Shown one piece after another: positions 38,680-47,861 of a DNA stretch of 64,000 nucleotides (positions within the stretch are counted from its first letter, which is position 1; each line of letters starts with the position of its first letter). The position numbers and the translations under genes are program-made. The stretch is from contig CAZSNS010000004.1 in the NCBI GenBank assembly GCA_964608515.1, positions 1,600 to 65,599 on the forward strand. Reading direction: 5' to 3'. Source of the DNA: Candidatus Hadarchaeota archaeon (lineage in GTDB: Archaea; Hadarchaeota; Hadarchaeia; Hadarchaeales; JAGGTB01). Below the pieces are notes generated by a model. The model saw only the letters and a program-made list of their open reading frames with translations, did no database searches and had not been told where the DNA came from.

Positions 38680-39522
38680 ATGAAAACTCAGCCAGGAAAA
38701 ATAAAAAACATAACTCGGATTGATAATGAAATATTTCTAATAAATTCTCCCGAATATCCAAACTCCAGCTCAATTCTAATCCAAGATGAGATAAACACAC
38801 TTATCGACACAGGGGCAAAAAGAAAAATCTTGAAAAAAATCAAAAAACACATCGACCAAGTCATCAACACCCATTTTCACACAGATCACAACCGCAACAA
38901 CGACCTCTTCAAAAAAGTCAAAATCAGCCAAATCGAAACAGAAGGCCTGAAAGATTTTGATGGATATTTCAAAATAGCAGGAGCTTCAGATCCCGAGTTA
39001 AAAAAAGAAATGAAGAAAAACTCACCTACAAGTAGATTATGGCCGGAAGAAATAGTTCCGCTTGAAAAGGGAGAAGTTTTGGACTTTGGAAAAACCGAAT
39101 GGGAAATAATACATACTCCGGGACATTCTCCTGGTCACTTTTGTTATTATGAAAAAAATAGAAACATTTTACTCGCTGGGGATTATGGGCCGGAAGATTT
39201 TGGTCCTTGGTATGCTTGGCCTTCTAGTGATTTGGAGGATTTTGTGAGTTCTGTTGAGAAAATTATTGATTTGGATCCGGATTTGCTTTTGTCTGGACAT
39301 GCGGGCCCGGTCGAGGGAAATGTAGCTACTGTCATGAAGGAGTATTTGGATATTATTTGGGAGAGGGATGAGTTAATTTCTGATCTTTATGAGAAGGGGA
39401 AGTCTGTTGATGATATTCTTGAAGAAGATATTTTTTATAGTTCTCGAGCTAAAGAAGCACCCATTATCAAATATTTTGCGAGAACTATGATTTCAAAACA
39501 TATCAAAAATCAGCTGACATAA
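38680..39522 (+). CDS. MBL-fold metallo-hydrolase
   Basis: HFHTDH (HxHxDH) motif. The start was reassigned to ATG 38680. Confidence 0.6.
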   Translation: MKTQPGKIKNITRIDNEIFLINSPEYPNSSSILIQDEINTLIDTGAKRKILKKIKKHIDQVINTHFHTDHNRNNDLFKKVKISQIETEGLKDFDGYFKIAGASDPELKKEMKKNSPTSRLWPEEIVPLEKGEVLDFGKTEWEIIHTPGHSPGHFCYYEKNRNILLAGDYGPEDFGPWYAWPSSDLEDFVSSVEKIIDLDPDLLLSGHAGPVEGNVATVMKEYLDIIWERDELISDLYEKGKSVDDILEEDIFYSSRAKEAPIIKYFARTMISKHIKNQLT

Positions 39523-39602
39523 CTAATTGTTTAAAATTAGTAATCCGAGCAAATTTTCTTAGTTCTAGCTAAGAAATTTTAACAAAACTAGAAAAAATAA
39601 TA

Positions 39603-40115
39603 ATGGAGTTCAAAGGAGGTGAGTCAGTGAAAATAGGAATAATGGCCGACACGCATGATCATTTGAATGCTACTGAGAAAGCTATCGGTTTTTTTAACGG
39701 TAAAGGAGTGGAGCATGTGCTCCATGCAGGAGATTTGATTTCTCCATTTACCGCTGGCATGTTTTCAGATTTGGAAGCGGAATTTCACTATGTTTGGGGA
39801 AATAACGATGGCGACCATTTACACACCAATTCTAAATTGGAAGAAATAGGAGCGGACCCCGGAGAAGAATTCAAATCTCTAGAAATAGATGGTCTCAAAA
39901 TAGCGTTATTGCATGGCACCGATAGGAACATAGTCGACTCTTTAGCAAAAAATGAAGAATTTGATTTAGTGGTTCGAGGACATACTCACGAACCAGAAAT
40001 CCAAGAAGATCCTCTAATGATAAACCCAGGACCAACTTCAGGCTATCTAGCCGAAAGACAAACAGTAGCAGTTTTCGACACGGAAAAAATGGAAGGAAAA
40101 ATCTCCGAACTATAA
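39603..40115 (+). CDS. YfcE/MJ0936-family metallophosphoesterase
   Basis: 170 aa. IGIMADTHDH, GDLISP, GNNDGD, GHTHEP. Confidence 0.65.
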   Translation: MEFKGGESVKIGIMADTHDHLNATEKAIGFFNGKGVEHVLHAGDLISPFTAGMFSDLEAEFHYVWGNNDGDHLHTNSKLEEIGADPGEEFKSLEIDGLKIALLHGTDRNIVDSLAKNEEFDLVVRGHTHEPEIQEDPLMINPGPTSGYLAERQTVAVFDTEKMEGKISEL

Positions 40116-40293
40116 TTTAAAAATACAAGAAAAATTTCTCGATTTAAAACCTCAAAAGCGGAGAAATACCGGAAACACTCTCCGAAATACAAAAAACATA
40201 TTGTGAAAAATTTTTCTTACCCTCCTGTTTCAAAAAATAAAAAAGAAAAGTAGAGCTTTATTTTTAAGAATACATCCAAAGAAAGGTGACTAT

Positions 40294-42516
40294 ATGCCAA
40301 CCGAACTATACCTGAAAGGATTATCAGAAAACTCAGGCCCCGGAGACGTGCTGGGAGCCATCGCGAATGAGGCTAATGTTGATGGGGATAGAATAGGGAA
40401 TATAGATATAAAAGGTTCTATAGCCTCTGTTTCCGTCGATGAAGAAATAGCTGATAAAATTCTTGAAGATTTAGAAAAAGTTTCAGGAAAATCAGTCACA
40501 GTTGCCCGTATAGATCGGGAAAATAAAAAATCTCATTTTTTCAAACTCGCAAAATTAGTCGAAATAGAAAGAGAAGAGGAAATGAAAAGACACGAAGAAG
40601 AAATAAAAAATATGTCAGGCCCTGAGAGAGAAGGGAAAGGAAGGGCTATACTTCATTTGAAAGGAAGGGATGAAGGGACGGGATTGGGCGGCAAGTTTTT
40701 GATTAAGTTCCTAAGACAGAGACAGGGTGAAACTCTTCCCGATACCGAGATAAGTATTGGGGACTTAGTAATGCTTTCAAAAGATGACCCTCTCAGAGAA
40801 GACAATCCAACAGGAACTGTATCGAAAAAGACGAACTATTCAATAACCGTCGCTTTTGACAATGAACCCCCAGGATTCCTTTACGGCAAAGGACTTAGAT
40901 GCGACCTATATGTCAACGATATCACATATCAAAGACAACTAGAAGCACTCTCAAGAGTAGTGGAGTCGGAAAACGAAAGAGTTGAGAGCCTCGCAAAAAA
41001 AGCTCTAAAAAAACAAGATATCGAATTTGGAGAAAAAAGAGAAAATATAAAATTTTTCAACGAAAATTTGAACCCTTCACAAAGACAAGCCGTCGGAAAA
41101 GCATTGTCGGCAAAAGATTATTTCCTTATCCACGGCCCGCCCGGGACTGGTAAGACTGTAACTTGTGTTGAGGTTGCTAGGCAACTGGTGGAGGAGGGGG
41201 AGGATGTTATTTGCACTGCTGATTCTAATACCGCGGTAGATAATTTAGTGGAATGGTTAGCGGAGGCTGGGGAGAAAGTTGTCAGAGTTGGTCATCCTGC
41301 TAGGGTGACTCCAACTTTAAGAAGTCATACTTTAGATGAAATTGTTCAACAAAATGAAAAATATCAGGAAAGTCAGGAGCTCAGAGAAAAAGCAAATGAT
41401 TTGATGGATAAGCAAGACGACCTAACTCACCCGAGTGGAAGATGGAGAAGAGGGATGAGCGATGAAAAAATAAAAGCTCTAGCCGAAAAAGGAAAAGGTT
41501 CGAGAGGAGTGTCCTCCTCCAAAATAAAGGAAATGGCTTCATGGTTAGAAATTCAGGAAAAAATCAACAATATTTTCTCAAAAATAGAAAGACTCGAGGA
41601 TGAAGCTGTGAATGAGATCTTGGAATGGGCAAATATAGTTTGCGCCACAAATTCCGGTTGCGGCTCTGAGTTATTGTCTGGTAAAGAATTTGACACGGTA
41701 GTAATAGACGAAGCCACTCAATCAACCGAACCGAGCTGTTGGATACCAATAACCCTAGCCAAAAAAGCGATAATGGCTGGAGATCACAAACAGCTTCCGC
41801 CCACAATTCTAAGCGAAAAAGCTAAAGAATTGAACCAAACGTTATTCTCTTCTCTTATAGAGAGATATGGAGAAAGAATCAGAAACATGTTAAAAATCCA
41901 GTACAGAATGCACGAAGATATTATGAATTTTTCAAATCACGAATTTTACGACGGGGTTTTAGAGGCTGATGATTCTGTGGCTAAGCATACTTTGAATGAT
42001 TTGATTGATTTTGAATCGGAAGGAGAGAATTGGTGTGAAAATGCGATAGCTCCGGATGTTCCTGTTGTTTTTGTTGATACTGTTGATATTGAAGCTGGTG
42101 AAAGGACCAGAAAAGGTTCTACTTCGAAAGAGAATCCTAAAGAAGCTGAACTTGTAGAATCAGTGGTTTCCAGACTTTTGGATACAGGTTTGGAGTCAGT
42201 CGATATTGCTGTGATTACCCCTTATGATGATCAAGTTGATTTGATAGACAGAAAATTAGATTTAGAAGATTTGGAAGTCGATACTGTCGACGGTTTTCAG
42301 GGGAGAGAAAAAGAAACTGTGATATTGTCTCTGGTCCGCAGTAATAGTAACGATAATATTGGGTTTTTAGAAGATGTTCGAAGACTAAATGTTTCTCTGA
42401 CAAGAGCTAAACGAAAATTGGTGATTATAGGGGATTCTTCAACTATAAGCGGACATGAAACTTATTCGAACTTGCTTGATTATGTCTCGGAAGTGGGAAA
42501 AATATTAAGATTATAG
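40294..42516 (+). CDS. Upf1-like superfamily-1 DNA/RNA helicase
   Basis: 740 aa. GPPGTGKT, VIDEATQ, GDHKQLPPT, VDGFQGREKE, SLTRAKRKLVIIG. Confidence 0.75.
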   Translation: MPTELYLKGLSENSGPGDVLGAIANEANVDGDRIGNIDIKGSIASVSVDEEIADKILEDLEKVSGKSVTVARIDRENKKSHFFKLAKLVEIEREEEMKRHEEEIKNMSGPEREGKGRAILHLKGRDEGTGLGGKFLIKFLRQRQGETLPDTEISIGDLVMLSKDDPLREDNPTGTVSKKTNYSITVAFDNEPPGFLYGKGLRCDLYVNDITYQRQLEALSRVVESENERVESLAKKALKKQDIEFGEKRENIKFFNENLNPSQRQAVGKALSAKDYFLIHGPPGTGKTVTCVEVARQLVEEGEDVICTADSNTAVDNLVEWLAEAGEKVVRVGHPARVTPTLRSHTLDEIVQQNEKYQESQELREKANDLMDKQDDLTHPSGRWRRGMSDEKIKALAEKGKGSRGVSSSKIKEMASWLEIQEKINNIFSKIERLEDEAVNEILEWANIVCATNSGCGSELLSGKEFDTVVIDEATQSTEPSCWIPITLAKKAIMAGDHKQLPPTILSEKAKELNQTLFSSLIERYGERIRNMLKIQYRMHEDIMNFSNHEFYDGVLEADDSVAKHTLNDLIDFESEGENWCENAIAPDVPVVFVDTVDIEAGERTRKGSTSKENPKEAELVESVVSRLLDTGLESVDIAVITPYDDQVDLIDRKLDLEDLEVDTVDGFQGREKETVILSLVRSNSNDNIGFLEDVRRLNVSLTRAKRKLVIIGDSSTISGHETYSNLLDYVSEVGKILRL

Positions 42517-42922
42517 AATTTTTCTAAGAATCCTGTAGTTTTTTGGATTAAGGTCTATCTTTTTTGTTTGGAAAGCGTGTTAATTTCCAACTTTGTATTT
42601 CAATATTAGCCAAGTTACGAGCAAGATTGCTCCAATTCCAACATATAGCAAACCTTTCCTTAAATACGAAGGATATGAGTTGTTCACTTGCGTCAGAGAA
42701 AATACTGATAGGGACAAAATCTTCTCATAGTGATGATTTTCATTCTGATTTGGAGTCTTTACCGTTTTTTTCATTGGAACCGTTTCAACTTTTACTTTAG
42801 ATATTTAAAATGATGTTACTTTCTATTGGAGAATAATTTTTCAGATTTTTTGAAAATAAAAATAATTAAAAACTTTCATTAAGGAAGTTTTTACAGTATC
42901 AGTTTGTTGAAAAGGGAAAAAA

Positions 42923-43972
42923 ATGAAAGAAGAATCTAAAAACGATAAAATTGCTGAAAATATTTTCGAGACTATTGGAAACACTCCCTTAGTGAAATTG
43001 GAAAAGCTACCCGAATTAGATGAAAGAAACGGTTCTATTTTAGGCAAACTTGAAATGTTCAACCCTACAGGGAGCTTGAAGGATAGGATATATTACAAAA
43101 TGATTACCGAAGCTATGGAAAGAGGGGAGCTAGAACCTGGAATGAGTATAATTGAGGCTTCAACAGGAAACGCTGGAATTGCTTGCTCCTTCACTGGAAA
43201 CCTGCTCGGTTTCGACGTAACGATCGTAATGCCTGAGGGTATGAGTGAAGAGCGACAAAAAATTATGGAAGCATATGGAGCAAATCTACTCTTCACCCCG
43301 GGAGGCGAAAGCGACGTAGATTTAGCTCTTGAAAAAGTACAAGAAATGAAAGATGAAAACCCAGGCCAATATTGGGAACCTGGCCAGTTTGAGAATGAGG
43401 ATAATCTTTTAGCTCATTATGAGACTACTGGTCCGGAGATTTGGGATCAAACTGATGGGGATTTAGATGCTTTTGTTGCCACTCAAGGGACGGGGGGGAC
43501 TATTTCGGGCATTGGTAGATTTTTGAAGGAGAAGGATTCCTCTATAAAACTTTATGCTGGAGAGCCTGAGGAGGCTCCGCTTCTTTCGGAGAGACAGTGG
43601 GGTAGTCATCGTATCGAAGGGATTGGGGATGGTTTTGTTCCGAGAAATCTTGATTTGTCAATACTGGACGGGATTATAACTTCTCGTTCTCAAGAATCGA
43701 TTGAAATGGCTCAACGTTTATCTAGAGAAGAAGGGCTTTTTTGTGGGATTTCTTCTGGGGCCAATGTTGTGGCTTGTCTTAAGCTTATGGAAGAGCATGA
43801 GGATTTCGATAGAATTGTGACCATGATTAACGATTCTGGTGAGAGATATTATTCTACGCCGTTGTGTGGTGTGGAGAAAGAGCTTGATGTTCCGGATAGG
43901 GAACATCCGATGGATGAGTACACTATTAAACAGCTTGATAAGTATCAGGAAGATTGGGAAATTATTAGGTGA
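42923..43972 (+). CDS. PLP-dependent cysteine synthase / cystathionine beta-synthase family enzyme
   Basis: GSLKDRI lysine motif and SIIEASTGNAGIA glycine-rich loop. Confidence 0.7.
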   Translation: MKEESKNDKIAENIFETIGNTPLVKLEKLPELDERNGSILGKLEMFNPTGSLKDRIYYKMITEAMERGELEPGMSIIEASTGNAGIACSFTGNLLGFDVTIVMPEGMSEERQKIMEAYGANLLFTPGGESDVDLALEKVQEMKDENPGQYWEPGQFENEDNLLAHYETTGPEIWDQTDGDLDAFVATQGTGGTISGIGRFLKEKDSSIKLYAGEPEEAPLLSERQWGSHRIEGIGDGFVPRNLDLSILDGIITSRSQESIEMAQRLSREEGLFCGISSGANVVACLKLMEEHEDFDRIVTMINDSGERYYSTPLCGVEKELDVPDREHPMDEYTIKQLDKYQEDWEIIR

Positions 43973-43973
43973 A

Positions 43974-45338
43974 TTATTTAATCCCAGCTTTTCTCATTAT
44001 TCCTCTAGCAGCTAGTATTCCTGTGACGCTTGCGTTGATAATGTCTCGGGAAAGTCCGGCTCCGTCTCCTGCTACGAATAAGTTCTCCATATCGGTTTCC
44101 ATATTTTCATCCACTTGAATTTGCATAGCGTAAAGTTTGACTTCAGGTGCATATAGAAGAGTGGAGTTTGAAGCTACTCCAGGAATCACATTATCTAATT
44201 GGTCTAACCCTTCTCTCAAGTTTGTCACGATTCTTCCTGGAAGTGCCATTGAAATGTCGCCTGGTGTGACACTTCTCAGAGTTGGTTCTATGTGTCCTCT
44301 TTCGATCCTGCTTAGGGTTGATCTTTGTCCCTGTCTTAAGTCTCCTAATCTTTGAACGACTGGTTTTCCTCCTCCGATTGTTGTCGCGAGATTGCCGATT
44401 GATCCTCCATAGGCGGTGGTGTCGGTTACGGGTTCGGTGAGGGTGACTCTTGAAAGGAATGCGAAATTAGTATTTTCAGATTTTTTGTGCCGAAAGCTGT
44501 GACCGTTGACGCCTATGTGGTTGTCGTATTTTTCTTCTACTACGAATCCTTGGTGATTGGTACAGAAGGTTCGGACGAAGTCGTCGAAAGTTTTTGTTCT
44601 TATGTGAAATTTTGGATCTCTGCTTACTTCCACTGCCGGTTCCATAACAATTGACGGTACTTCCACACGAACCCCTACATCTATAGCTCCGTGTGATAGG
44701 GACAAGCCTAATTTTTGCGCCTGTTTAGAAAACCATATCGCACCCGATCTTCCTGGAGCTGCAAGGATATAATCTGCTTCTATTTTTTCCCCATCTACAA
44801 TTATCCCGTTTTGCACGATATCTTCTACTTTAGATTTCAGTTCGAACTCTACACCTTTGCTTTCTAAATCTTTCTTGTAAGATTCGATAATGTCCGGTAG
44901 ATTTTCAGAACCGATGTGTCGTTGCTTGATAGGGATAAACTTAACATCTGCAGCGGCTGCTTTCCGGGCTAATTCTTCGGTTCCGGAAGTTTTCTTATCA
45001 TAAATCCGGTCCGGAGCTCCGTGTTTTTGAAAAATTGAATCTACATGATCAATCAATTCATAAGCTTCGTCCATATTTACAAACTGAGTAAGGTCACCAC
45101 CGATGTAAGGACTGAGATTTAAAGTCCCGTCCGACATACCTCCCGCCCCTCCTAAACCTCGCATCACATCACAAGGTTCACACTGGACACACTCGGCCGT
45201 ATCAGCAGCTGGACAATCTCTTTCAAGAATTGACTTACCCCTTTCAATAATTTTTATCGATAAGTCAGAGTTTTCTGCTAGTTCTTCAGCAGCGAACAGT
45301 CCGGCTGGTCCGGCTCCGAAGATGATAACATCAGTCAT
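43974..45338 (-). CDS. FAD-dependent oxidoreductase (NAD(FAD)-utilising dehydrogenase family)
   Basis: VIIFGAGPAGLFAA dinucleotide-binding motif. 454 aa. Confidence 0.55.
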   Translation of the reverse strand: MTDVIIFGAGPAGLFAAEELAENSDLSIKIIERGKSILERDCPAADTAECVQCEPCDVMRGLGGAGGMSDGTLNLSPYIGGDLTQFVNMDEAYELIDHVDSIFQKHGAPDRIYDKKTSGTEELARKAAAADVKFIPIKQRHIGSENLPDIIESYKKDLESKGVEFELKSKVEDIVQNGIIVDGEKIEADYILAAPGRSGAIWFSKQAQKLGLSLSHGAIDVGVRVEVPSIVMEPAVEVSRDPKFHIRTKTFDDFVRTFCTNHQGFVVEEKYDNHIGVNGHSFRHKKSENTNFAFLSRVTLTEPVTDTTAYGGSIGNLATTIGGGKPVVQRLGDLRQGQRSTLSRIERGHIEPTLRSVTPGDISMALPGRIVTNLREGLDQLDNVIPGVASNSTLLYAPEVKLYAMQIQVDENMETDMENLFVAGDGAGLSRDIINASVTGILAARGIMRKAGIK

Positions 45339-45401
45339 GTTTAGCCCTCACAAAATAATGGCTTCTGTATAAAAAAATTACCAATCCCGTGTAAACCAAA
45401 A

Positions 45402-46175
45402 TTATTCCTTCAAATTCTCTAGCTCGCCCAAAAAAGTCCCATCAAGCAAATGAACTTCAGCCCGATCCAAATCCACAGCATCCGACTTAAAAAGAGGACC
45501 TAAAAGATCCTCCGGAATCTCCCTATTGAACGCACCTCCACCCACTAACTTACTAAAAGCAGGAACAATCATAACCTCTGGCCCTTCTCCTTCTACAACT
45601 TTTCGAAGATTTTCCGGTAAATTCTCAATTTTTAGTTTCGTTTTAATCCAAGCCGATTCTTTAGCTTTACCACCAAGATCATCTCTAAACTCAATCGTGG
45701 GATGATTATGACCCATCACCAAAAAATCGGCTCTAATCAGGTCTTCTCCAGGCCAAGCATGTCCGTGTAATAATCCGATTTTTCCTTCTCCGATTGTTGT
45801 GCCTTTTGCTTCGTGTAGTTTTACATCTCTAGGGATTAGTCCTTCGATGTCTCCGTCATGGTTTCCAGGTGTGATTTCTACTTTTACCTCTTTGCTCAGG
45901 TCTGCAAAAAAGTCGGGTAAATATTCCCATTCTTCCCAGCTCGTAACTGGAATATTGTGTTTTACATCTCCCAGAAAAAACAATCTGTCCGCCCCTTCGT
46001 CGTTAATAATTTCAAACAAACGGTTCTGTACTTCGGGGACACGGTTTGGGATCTCGATTCCCTTTTTAGCCAGCTCTGCTGCGAGCCCTAAGTGAAGGTC
46101 GCCTACGGCTATAACTATCTCATCATCAAGCACGATTCTTAGCGCTGGAGTGTCGTGGATAGGTATTATTTTCAT
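45402..46175 (-). CDS. calcineurin-like metallophosphoesterase
   Basis: GDLHLG, GDVKHN, GNHD, GHNH motifs. Confidence 0.55.
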   Translation of the reverse strand: MKIIPIHDTPALRIVLDDEIVIAVGDLHLGLAAELAKKGIEIPNRVPEVQNRLFEIINDEGADRLFFLGDVKHNIPVTSWEEWEYLPDFFADLSKEVKVEITPGNHDGDIEGLIPRDVKLHEAKGTTIGEGKIGLLHGHAWPGEDLIRADFLVMGHNHPTIEFRDDLGGKAKESAWIKTKLKIENLPENLRKVVEGEGPEVMIVPAFSKLVGGGAFNREIPEDLLGPLFKSDAVDLDRAEVHLLDGTFLGELENLKE

Positions 46176-46227
46176 TTTAACCCTTGAACAATTAAGAAAA
46201 ATATCCTGACCTAAATTAAGCTAAGGA

Positions 46228-46252
46228 TTTTTGTTATGGGTGTAACAAAAAA
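46228..46252 (+). repeat. 25-bp palindromic element, copy 7
   Basis: Exact match. Confidence 0.9.
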
Positions 46253-46374
46253 TGGTGAATACTCCAAAACATCTTTAGCCATTATAACAATTACGAGAAG
46301 AATTTGTTCAATTTTTCGCAGTGTATGTGTTTTACAGCTTAAAAATCGATGTTTAGATAGAGATTATAGGTCTC

Positions 46375-46722
46375 TCAATCGTTTTCACGTGATATATAGG
46401 ATTTCAAATCCTCAACCACTTCCTCAAGCAAGTCAAGTTTCAGCTTTCCTATTTTCTCCTGTATGTCTTCATGCTTGAGGGTAATAATAACCCAAGGGGC
46501 GACATAGCTCTTTTTTGGAGCGCTACCCTTTATCCAGTGCTCTTCTCTTATCTCGATAACCTCTTCCCTTTTCCTAGTAGTCAAAGTGGCAGCTAAGTAC
46601 TCTTCTCCGTGAAACGGATGCTTTTTATTACTCAAGACCACCCATGGCCTGGGCCTGACCACGGATTTGAACGGTTCAGGACCCCAGACAACGTCTCCGC
46701 GACTGTAGGACAGATTTATCAC
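46375..46722 (-). CDS. possible MazF/PemK-like toxin
   Basis: 115 aa. SRGDVVWGPEPF...RPWVVLSN resembles the RGDIxxVDF...RPxLVLS N-terminus of PemK/MazF. Confidence 0.3.
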   Translation of the reverse strand: MINLSYSRGDVVWGPEPFKSVVRPRPWVVLSNKKHPFHGEEYLAATLTTRKREEVIEIREEHWIKGSAPKKSYVAPWVIITLKHEDIQEKIGKLKLDLLEEVVEDLKSYISREND

Positions 46723-47120
46723 TCCCGATCGAGCCAGTCTTCCTCGAGTTCTTCACCGAGCTTCTCGTTTGCAGTCTTTGTCCCGTAAACTTCGGATGCC
46801 AAGGTCGCTATTTTATCGTCCTCGGCTAAGGCCCAGTAGTTACCTTTGTGTCTCACCAGTCCTTTCTCCTTCAGTCTGGAGAGTGTCACTCCTATGCTTC
46901 CTTTTTTAATTCCGGTAGCTTCCATTATTTCCTTCCTTGTGAAGGCTTTGTCGGGGTTTTTCAGGAGGAATTTCAGAGTTTTTCCGGCGTTCGTTCCCTC
47001 CTCTATTTCGAGTGCTTTTTCTGGAGCCTTTTTGAACTGATCGATACTCACGGGCATATTGTGTAACAATATGTAACTAAAAGTAATAAAAGTTGAGGAT
47101 CGGGTGGGGAAAACGATCAA
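46719..47120 (-). CDS. winged-helix regulator (candidate antitoxin)
   Basis: 133 aa. FTRKEIMEATGIKKGSIGVTLSRLKEKGLVRHKGNYWAL. Overlaps the downstream gene by 4 bp. Confidence 0.4.
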   Translation of the reverse strand: MIVFPTRSSTFITFSYILLHNMPVSIDQFKKAPEKALEIEEGTNAGKTLKFLLKNPDKAFTRKEIMEATGIKKGSIGVTLSRLKEKGLVRHKGNYWALAEDDKIATLASEVYGTKTANEKLGEELEEDWLDRE

Positions 47121-47238
47121 AGGATACTTGCGACATTATCCGCTCAAGTGAAGCTTATCCACGATATAATAACTGTAAGATCGGGAAAAAGCCATTTACT
47201 GCGGTCCTAATGAAAGGTTACGGGCAAAAAATCCCTAA

Positions 47239-47264
47239 TTTTTTGTTACACCCATAACAAAAAA
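47239..47264 (-). repeat. 25-bp palindromic element, copy 8 (only copy in reverse orientation, loop CACCCA)
   Basis: TTTTTTGTTACACCCATAACAAAAAA. Confidence 0.9.
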
Positions 47265-47313
47265 TACACTATTAAAACCGACAATCGAAAATACAATTGT
47301 CTGAAAAGGTAAA

Positions 47314-47796
47314 ATGATAAAAAATCCTCACGAACCCGGTCTAGGACCGGAACATCCCTACGGGGATTTCATCCAGTTCTTAATGTTCGTACTATTTTTC
47401 GTAATCTTGGGGTTAGATTCTTTCATATATGGTTTCTCCACTCTGAGTGATTTACTTCCTTTATACATTCGTGTGGTTATTTCCATTCCCGTTTTTGTTT
47501 TAGGCGGATATTTGGCAGTTAAGTCACATTTTGTAATTTTTAGAATTGAAGGCGAAGACGAACTTGTCGAAAAGGGCCTTTATTCGTTAGTTAGGCATCC
47601 GATGTATCTTGGAGGGCTTTTGTTTTTCTTGGGATTTGTTATTCTCACTTTCTCAATTTTGTCTTTTTTGATATGGTGTGGACTGTTTGCGGTTTATGAT
47701 TGGTTGGCCTCCTATGAGGAAAACGAACTAATCCGATTGCTTGGTGAAGAATACGAGAAATATCAAGAAGAGGTACCAAAATGGATTCCAGTTTAA
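47314..47796 (+). CDS. ICMT/phospholipid methyltransferase-family membrane protein
   Basis: LVRHPMYLGGLL signature and TM helices. Confidence 0.6.
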   Translation: MIKNPHEPGLGPEHPYGDFIQFLMFVLFFVILGLDSFIYGFSTLSDLLPLYIRVVISIPVFVLGGYLAVKSHFVIFRIEGEDELVEKGLYSLVRHPMYLGGLLFFLGFVILTFSILSFLIWCGLFAVYDWLASYEENELIRLLGEEYEKYQEEVPKWIPV

Positions 47797-47861
47797 GATT
47801 CTTTTTGTTTAATTCCGATTATCAGAATTTTTCGGGCTAGATTCTTTTCAAATTAGTTTTA

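Noticed and set aside
42580-42774. 64-aa ORF with one hydrophobic helix in the helicase-cysK intergenic region
   Set aside because: It has no RBS or promoter context. It overlaps an opposite-strand ORF of similar size. It was kept as unsupported.
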